This document shows positions 57,103 through 64,000 of a stretch of DNA of 64,000 bases, in pieces (the first letter of the stretch is position 1; the number at the start of each line of letters is the position of its first letter). Made by a program: the position numbers and the translations under genes. Below the pieces are notes generated by a model, which did not search any database, was not told where the DNA came from, and worked only from the letters and a program-made list of their open reading frames with translations. Source of the DNA: Caecitellus pseudoparvulus (lineage: Eukaryota > Protista > Bigyra: Bicosoecida); assembly GCA_965644315.1 (NCBI GenBank), contig CBFFRQ010000019.1:1-64000 (forward strand). The letters are read 5' to 3'.

Positions 57103-57999
57103 CTACCTCCGCTCTGAGAAATGCACATTGTACGATGTGGGGTCGATGAGCAGAATGCCGCCGGAAGGAAACGACGTGTTGCCCAGCTCTGGCGCAGGCA
57201 CATGCGCCACCCCCGCTGCTGCTGCGGCGGCTTCAGCTGCCTGCACACTCTCCACTTCAAAGTGCAGCGTGACGCCGGGGTGGACCAGAGACGCCGCAGA
57301 AGCAGCTCCGAACTGCAGTGGCTGTGGCAGGTCGGCGAAGGCTTGGTGCCTGACATCTGTGAAGGGCGTGGTGAGGTCGGTGACACACTGCGAAGTGCGC
57401 GCATGGCAAGGCCACACCCACAAGTCTCAGTGGAGGAGCCAGGAGCAGTGCCTGCCGTGTTCCACAGCCCCAACGGCTCGTACAGCGCCTGGGCGGCTGC
57501 CATGTCGTCGTGCGCGAGGCAGAGTCGAGCCAGCGCATTTCGCGAGAACATGTGCCACACGCCAAACGCATAGCAGCCGTCCTCGTCACGAGCAACGCCT
57601 GCCGTGCTCTGCCGTGCCACAATGGAAGGCGCTGGCAGACTCAGCACCTGTGCCAGTTCCTGCAGCGGCTCTCCCTCTGCAGAGGAAGGGCGGGGGGTGT
57701 GGCGTGGTGCGGAAATTGCGTGCAGCTGGCACCGCACCTGATGTCAGGGCGCCCCCAAAGCGGTTCAGGTCCTTCTTCGTCCGGCTCATGTTCGAAGTGG
57801 CGAAGCCCATGAGCGGGTACGATGGCCCTGGCTCCCGGCTCCACTGCTGTGCTGCCAGGCGCACGAGTGTGTTGGGCGCCTTGCCCAGCACCACCTGCCC
57901 GCCCGCAGTGTTGGCTGAGCCAGACACTAAGGCAGGGAACCAGCGCTTGGCCACCGTGCCCCCTGCCACCTCAAACGTCACGCCTGCCAGTCGCGACAT
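57103..57999 (-). CDS. Putative glyoxalase/VOC-fold protein (intron 57677-57737; a second junction near 57390-57450 is unresolved)
   Basis: VTLHFEVESV...AGV...LLIDPTSYNVHF and ARDEDGCYAF resemble the ends of VOC modules; coding spread over three frames. Confidence 0.5.
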
Positions 58000-58229
58000 G
58001 GTGTGTTTCGCTGGGCGCAGGCTGGAGCAAGAGCAGGCCAGAGACTTGAGTCCGATTGAGCCGCAGGTGTACGAGCCACAGCAGCACAGCGGGAAGATGA
58101 CACCACGTGAGATGAAAGGTAAGACAAATTCCACGGCACTGCGCTGCAAAAAACAACCAACGTCTTCAATCTTTGCGGCTGGTGTTGTGAAAGATGCCGT
58201 GCATTGCGAAACGCCAGCGCAACGCAGGC

Positions 58230-60474
58230 TCAGCTACTGGCCGCCTCCTCAGCTGCCTCGGGTGCACTGCCCAGCCCTTCGCTGTGCTGCTCCAGGCCAT
58301 ATTTCACTGCAGACTTCGCCTCGTCCGCCTGCAGCAGGGACACCAAATCCCGCGGCCCCCACAGCTGTAGCTTGTAGGCTTCCTTCGGGTCACGGCTGGC
58401 GTGAAGTTTGGAGTACAGCTGCGTCAGCATCGCCCGTGTGCGGGGAGCAGGCGTGTCCAGTGACGCGGGCAAGCCCTCTGCTGCCGCCTGCATCCACTGC
58501 ACGTGTGCGCTGTGCAGCTGGGCGTTCAGGGCGTTGCTTGCGAAGTAGCCATCCATGGCATCTGCCACAAATGTGAGGCTGTGCAGGGGGTGTGCCGGTC
58601 CAATGTGCCCTGGTCCACGGGACATGAAGGACGGCGCCAAGACGGAAATGTCGCAGAAATTGTTGTGCTCCAGCCCCCCTGCCACGGCAATGAGGGTTTC
58701 AGGGTGCACGCCCAGTGTGGAAACGCTCGGGCTGCCGGTGCGAGTCACATCCAGAGGCGCAGGCTGAGTCTTGTGCTGGGAGAGCGGCACTGTGGGCAGG
58801 CAGTGCCAGTCAGTGCCGTTCAACAGGCCATGTTGGGCGACGGCGCCTGCGACGCGCGGGTCACTGACGTTGACTCTGCTGTATGCGCCGGCCACTGCCG
58901 CACGATCCGACGCTGACGCCAGCAGCACTGCGTTGCGCCAGTTGCGAGTCATGTTGTCGGAGGCGAAGTCGCGAGCAAAGATCGTGAGTGTGGGCACGCC
59001 CCCCAGCCCCTCTGCCATGACAGTGGGCGGCAGGGGGAACGTCCACGGGTCCAGCAGCACGGCAGCACGCAGCGGAATGCGTGGGCGCACACCACCCACC
59101 GCGGCAGAACTGCCCTTCTTGCGCTGCTTGGCCTGCTGCCGCTGCAGGGCGAGGGAACGGGAGCGCTGAGCCCTGGCCTGGAAGGCAGCCCAGGCAACGG
59201 AGGGGTCGTCTGAGCCCACGCTGCGCAGTGTGGACTGCACATCGTCGGCGCCGATTGGGTAGTCACAAGCCTCGCTGGAAACGCTCAGCGCAGCAGTGGC
59301 CCCGCCGAAACTGTGGCCTGCGATGAAGACATTGTCCAGGTCGCCCGTGAGTGCCACGACGTCTCTGAAGTGCTGCAGGTCCATGGGCAGGGGCTTCAGC
59401 TTCTTGCCGGACTGCAGCTTGGCCTTCGCCGAGCGGAATTCGTGCAGCATCTCCAGCAACACGCCAATCTCAGCGGAGCGCTGCATGAGCTGCTTCGTGC
59501 GCTTGGCGTGGGACAGGCGCCAGTGGTCCTTCTCTTCCTGCGTCAGGTGGCTGTACGGCAGGCCGTGCTGCTCCCACGCCACCTGTGCGTAGGCTGCACT
59601 GCCGTCGCGGTGCTCTGGCACAAGCACGAGGTAGCCGCGGCTGGCCAGCTCAGCCGTGAGCACGGAGTAGATCTCGGGGAACCCTGCCAGGCCGTGGGAG
59701 AAGATGAGGATGGGCAGGCCCTCGTCGTCCCCCAGCGTCGCCTCCTTCAGCATGGCGGGGGTGATGTCGCCGTCGGGGTCAGACCACAGCACTCCATGCG
59801 TGCCAACGTGCAGCAGGTGTCCCAAGGCCGCCGCTGGCCAACCCAGGAAGGACGCTAGGCCTGCGCTGGTGTTGGAGCCGTGGAACAAGTACCTGCGCAG
59901 GTGGGGGAGCGAGCCGTGCCCTGGCGTCCAGGTGTAGCTGTGCGGCAGGCGTCGCTACGCACGGCACTGGCTCGGCGTGCTTGGACAGCTTGGCCGGGTA
60001 CAACACACGAGTCCGGAACTCCAGCCCATTGCGCTGCAGGAAGACGTCGTGCACTGCAACAGAGTACGGGCCAGTCGGCTTGGGCAGGGACGGCACTGGC
60101 ATGAGTGCGTTGGCCACAAGGCCTGCCGCCAGCAGCACGGCGATGAAACCTCGGAAATAGACCACGAATTCCGCAGGCAGCCACGCTGGCAACCACACGA
60201 ATGCGGCAATGGCAGCTGCCGCCACGTCCAGCGCATACACCTGCCACCTCCGCTTCCCATAGATGAACGCGACAACCCAAGCAAAGCATACCACCACGCC
60301 CACGGGCTTGAAGGGCAGCCCGACAAAGGTGCCCAGCGCCAGCAGCAACGCTCCTTCAACCCATGTCGCAGGGAGCAGGGGGTTGGAGGTGAGGTACACC
60401 GGCCCCTGGAACGGGGCCTTGGGGCCGCTCAGCATGGTGGGCGGTGAGGGGGTGCCTGCCACTCTGGCATTCAC
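58230..60474 (-). CDS. PAF-acetylhydrolase-like alpha/beta hydrolase with N-terminal TM segments (intron 59893-59962; start uncertain)
   Basis: PKPTGPYSV, IFSHGLAG, ELASRGY, EHRDGSA, GHSFGGAT nucleophile elbow, LLDPW, HNNFCD. Confidence 0.88.
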
Positions 60475-60565
60475 GGCGTGCTTTGATGCAGGCGCAGCAT
60501 CGAGATTTGACCGAGTTCGCAGAGTGCATGATGCCGGTCATTAATGAGCAGTGAACATTCCTGCG

Positions 60566-61971
60566 ATGTCTGGCCGCTATGTGCCCCCTCCATCGTGGGG
60601 GGTTGGACTATTGGCCGCATGGTACGGGGCCCAGCTTGCGCGGCGCGGGTCGCTATTTGGAGCTGAGCGGCGCATCATGGCAACTTCCGCTGGCCAGCCC
60701 CACCACGCCAAGCGCATTGCTCTGGGCCACGACGATAGAGAGCTGTTTCTGACACACCCAGATCGTGCTTGGTTGCTAGATGCGGCAGCTGAGTGGAACT
60801 TGAGCGGTGCATCTGACCCCGACTCCTTCCAGTGGTGGACGACAAGCACACCGCCTGCCTCTGGCTCTGCCCATGACACGACGCCTCTGGAGCTGCCTGC
60901 CGACACCTTGCGCCGCATGCAGCTGTATGAGGCCAGTCTGCGGCTCAGCTCTGCGACGCAAACCATGCTCAACCAGTGCTACCAAGCCACCCACTCTGAC
61001 CACCCACCCGCCGCTCCCTTCCCAAACCTGGACGACGCCATCGAGGCACTGCAGAGACACGTCGCTCTGCAGGCTGGGGTGGCGCCAGAACACCTTGAAG
61101 CAGGCGTGCTGGCCCTGCAGGAGGCCCAGAGCGTGCTGGGCCAGGCCAGGGGGGCGTCCTCTGCCTCGGCCCTTCCCGACCCAGACACCTTCACCCCGCA
61201 CTACGTGCGCTTCAACCGTGTGGGCCCGAGCAAGGTGGCAGAAGGGCAAGAGCTTGCGGATGTGCCCCTCCTGACAGGGGATGGCCAACAACACACCAGC
61301 CTCCTGCGTGCCCTGGCACAGCTCAAGGCACCCTCAGACCAGCCTGTGCTGGTGCTTGCAAGCAGCCTCACCTGACCCCCCCTGCGGTACCTGTGGAGTG
61401 ACATTTGTGCCCTGGCACGCAGGTACCGCACTCCCTTCCTCTTCATCCAACTGGCCGAAGCCCATGCGGAAGATGAGTGGCCCATCGGCAGCCCAGTGCA
61501 GATCCTGCAGCACACCAGTGCAGGTGCGTTGCAGCGCCTGAAACGCACACGCCAAGCCACGACAGCTCACGCACATCCACCGCCCTGTTCGCAGAAGAGC
61601 GAGCTGAAGCTGCTGCTGTGCTGTGTGCTGCGATGGAGTGGAAGCCGCTGGTGCAGGATGCAGGTGTGCCCTGTGCAGTGACTTTGGATTCCATGCACGA
61701 CGACTTCCAAACCACGTATGGGGCGTGGCCTGCCGCACTCATGCTGGTCGGCACAGGCGACAAGCCCACTCTGGACTTCATGCAGGCACCAGACTCTGAA
61801 GACTTCACCCTGGACCGCGCCGTGCAGTACTTGATGACGCGTTTCGGCTACGGAGACGCCAGCACTGGCGAGCTGTCCAACGCACTGCACACCGTCCACG
61901 GCACCCCCATATCTGCAGTCGAGGGGGCGGCAGAAGCGGACAGCCAAGTTGAGACGCAACCCGAGCCGTGA
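60566..61971 (+). CDS. Iodothyronine-deiodinase-like selenoprotein (Sec TGA at 61373-61375; intron 61524-61594)
   Basis: Reading through the TGA gives SSLT-U-PPLR...FLFIQLAEAHAEDEWP...QHTSAEERAEAA...LDSMHDDF..TYGAWP, matching the deiodinase motifs SxTUPP, EAHxxDxW, QH..ER and YxAxP. Confidence 0.88.
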
Positions 61972-61984
61972 GAGCTCTTCGGCT

Positions 61985-62058
61985 TGCAGTGCAATATTAC
62001 GACTGTGGCGCCAGAAAGGCTTTCTCACAGCCTTGGCGCGACACGACCCCAAACTGCA
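61985..62058 (+). promoter_or_regulatory. Candidate type II SECIS element with a non-canonical ACGAC/CGAC core
   Basis: Helix I UGCAGU/ACUGCA; tandem GA/GA; helix II of 11 positions with one G-G mismatch; unpaired AAA at 62015-62017; apical mini-stem GGCU/AGCC. Confidence 0.75.
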
Positions 62059-62408
62059 CAGCAACCCAAGCAAAGCTTGTTGGCGAAGTACAATTTATTC
62101 ATTTTCTTTGCACTATGACCGGACTCGGGTAGATCCTACTTGCTAAGGTTCTCCATGTAGCTCCACTCAATTCTACCTCCCGCTGTCGTGGCCTGAACGC
62201 TTGTCATAAAAATTGTAACACTCTCGGCTTCTACAAGCCCCACAGCCTTCTCTTGGCTTATCATTCACTGTGCGTTGCCTGGAGCTGTACATACGGCTTG
62301 CATTGCTTGGCATTCAAATCCCGCATTCACCAGCGCCTGGCCTTGCGTGGCTGGCCAGTGCAGGGGCTCCGAACCCGCGTGTGACACTCAGGAGGCACAA
62401 TTTCGGTC

Positions 62409-64000
62409 ATGGACTCCCTTGCATCTCGAATTGCGTGCGTGCTTGTCCGGACCGCGGCTCTGCAGCGCCTCTGTCGCCAGCTGTGCCGCACGCGGCCAAC
62501 GCCAAACTCCGCAGGCACGCCTTGCCGGACATTGCCCACCGAGCCGTGGCTCAGCTGCTCTCAAAGCTGGATGGTGAATTGATATCCCCACAGGCAGTCG
62601 CTGAGCATGCAGGCCTGCTTGAGTCGCTCCACGCGTACTGCGAGCGCTTCCCTGCCCTGTTGGAAGGCAAGACCTCTGGCTCAGACAAGCAGCCAGACGG
62701 CGCCGCGCTGAAGCAATGCCACACCCTCGTCCTGCTCCTGACGCACCTGTGTTCCCATTCACTCGGGTGTGCCAGTCTGCAGCGGTGGCAAACTGCATTC
62801 CTGGCCGCAGTGGACGCGGCTGTGACTCGGGCTGGCCCGCACTCCGCAGCAGCGCGTCTGGCGCCGCATGTCCTCGCCGGCATCTTGCGCAGCCAGCCCG
62901 TGCCCACCTCTGCGTTGCAGCGGGAAGACCTGCACATTGGCAGCCGCTCTGAGGTGGCTGCAGAGGAGGCCACACCCCGCCCAGCCACGCCACCAAGCGC
63001 CGCCCTCACTTCCACGCCACAACAACCGGCAAGCGACCCGGTGCCGTCTCCTGGGCGAGAGGCAGTGGTGTGTCTGTGGTCGGCATGTGGCGTGGACCCA
63101 CAGGCGTGTGCATCCCTCCCAGCAGGGCCCCAACTTCCCCCCGTCTTCCTCACCGCCTCTGACGAACAGGCTGTCTTTGACGCACACGCACAGCTGCTCC
63201 TGGCCCTCAGCGCAGGAGCAGACGGCACCTCCTTGCGCCAACTGCACGGGAAGGTGGGGTCTTCCCGTCCAGTCGCCCCAGGACACACACCCGCCCTGCC
63301 GCGCACCCTCCCCGCCGCGGTGGAGCGAGCAGACCTCGGGAGACTGCAGCGCGCACTCCGCGGCTTGCGCGACACGCTCATGGCAGACTTCCCCCCGGAG
63401 GTGTTCCTGCACCACTCCCACATTCTATGCGACATCTCAACAGTATGTGTCATTGCGTCTGCTGTGGCTGGGGCTGATTCACCCACACAGCAGCGCCTGG
63501 CCGCTCTGGAGGTTCTGGACACAGCGCACAACCTGCGCCAGCGCTGGCTTGCTGCGTTGCAACGCTGCATTGCTGACATACATGGCGTGAACTCCTTCAC
63601 CCCGCGATCAGGGTCTGCTGCAAATGGTGCGGGTGATGCAGCCCCACCAGTGCCCCCCGCGGACGCCATTCACGCGGCATCGACGGCTTCTCATCGAGCG
63701 GCTGCGTCAGTTCGGCGGCACTACAGCCTCGGCCACGCAAAAGCCCCCGAAGCCAGGGCCCCTGCCGAACCAGTCGCTGCACAAATGTTCGCTGGGCGGT
63801 ACACATACCCTCTGAGCCCTGCCTGGGAGAGTGCTGGCAGTCTGAGCCCTGGGCAGGCCGTGCGACTGCTGCTGCGAGGCGCAGTGCAGTGCCACAAAAC
63901 GGCGTCTGCCGCGGACTCTTGCCCACACTACGTGGCCTGTGCGACAGAGGCGGCGCTGGTGCAAACCATGCAGCACGTGCAGGGCGTCCTGGGTGCCTGG
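62409..64000 (+). CDS. RTTN: Rotatin-like centriolar protein, 5' part (intron 62435-62514; runs off the window)
   Basis: Spliced N-terminus MDSLASRIAHALPDIAHRAVAQLLSKL and in-frame LMADFPPEVFL resemble the rotatin motifs H.L.EIR.RAL..I.SKL and DFPAEIFL. Confidence 0.7.

Overview
Left end of a chromosome from a GC-rich, intron-containing eukaryote. It has TTAGGG telomeres, short GT-AG introns of about 60-80 nt and a rotatin-like gene, so it is probably a flagellated protist (inference). Bases 1-400 are the (TAACCC)n telomere. Bases 401-18546 are a head-to-tail array of five non-LTR retrotransposon units from four diverged families, all on + with 5' ends facing the telomere. The reconstructed element has one ORF: Josephin-like Cys protease, APE endonuclease, RT, CCHC. 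No unit has a poly(A) tail. Each ends in a (C/A)AATGCATTG box followed by telomere-template-like CTAAC(CC), and three families carry a covarying multi-hairpin RNA motif just upstream. The innermost unit is fused straight into a broken RCC1-repeat gene, which suggests retrotransposon-mediated healing and extension of the chromosome end. Inward is a decaying subtelomere: ankyrin pseudogenes, a SPRY/EF-hand gene with two in-frame TAGs, a Crinkler-type NTPase-nuclease and a dead transposase-like gene. Beyond about 39 kb are densely packed intact genes: ankyrin protein, giant kelch membrane protein, ammonium transporter, VOC-fold protein, PAF-acetylhydrolase-like protein, a deiodinase-like selenoprotein with a non-canonical SECIS candidate, and rotatin. 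All product calls come from motif recognition by eye; no searches were run.
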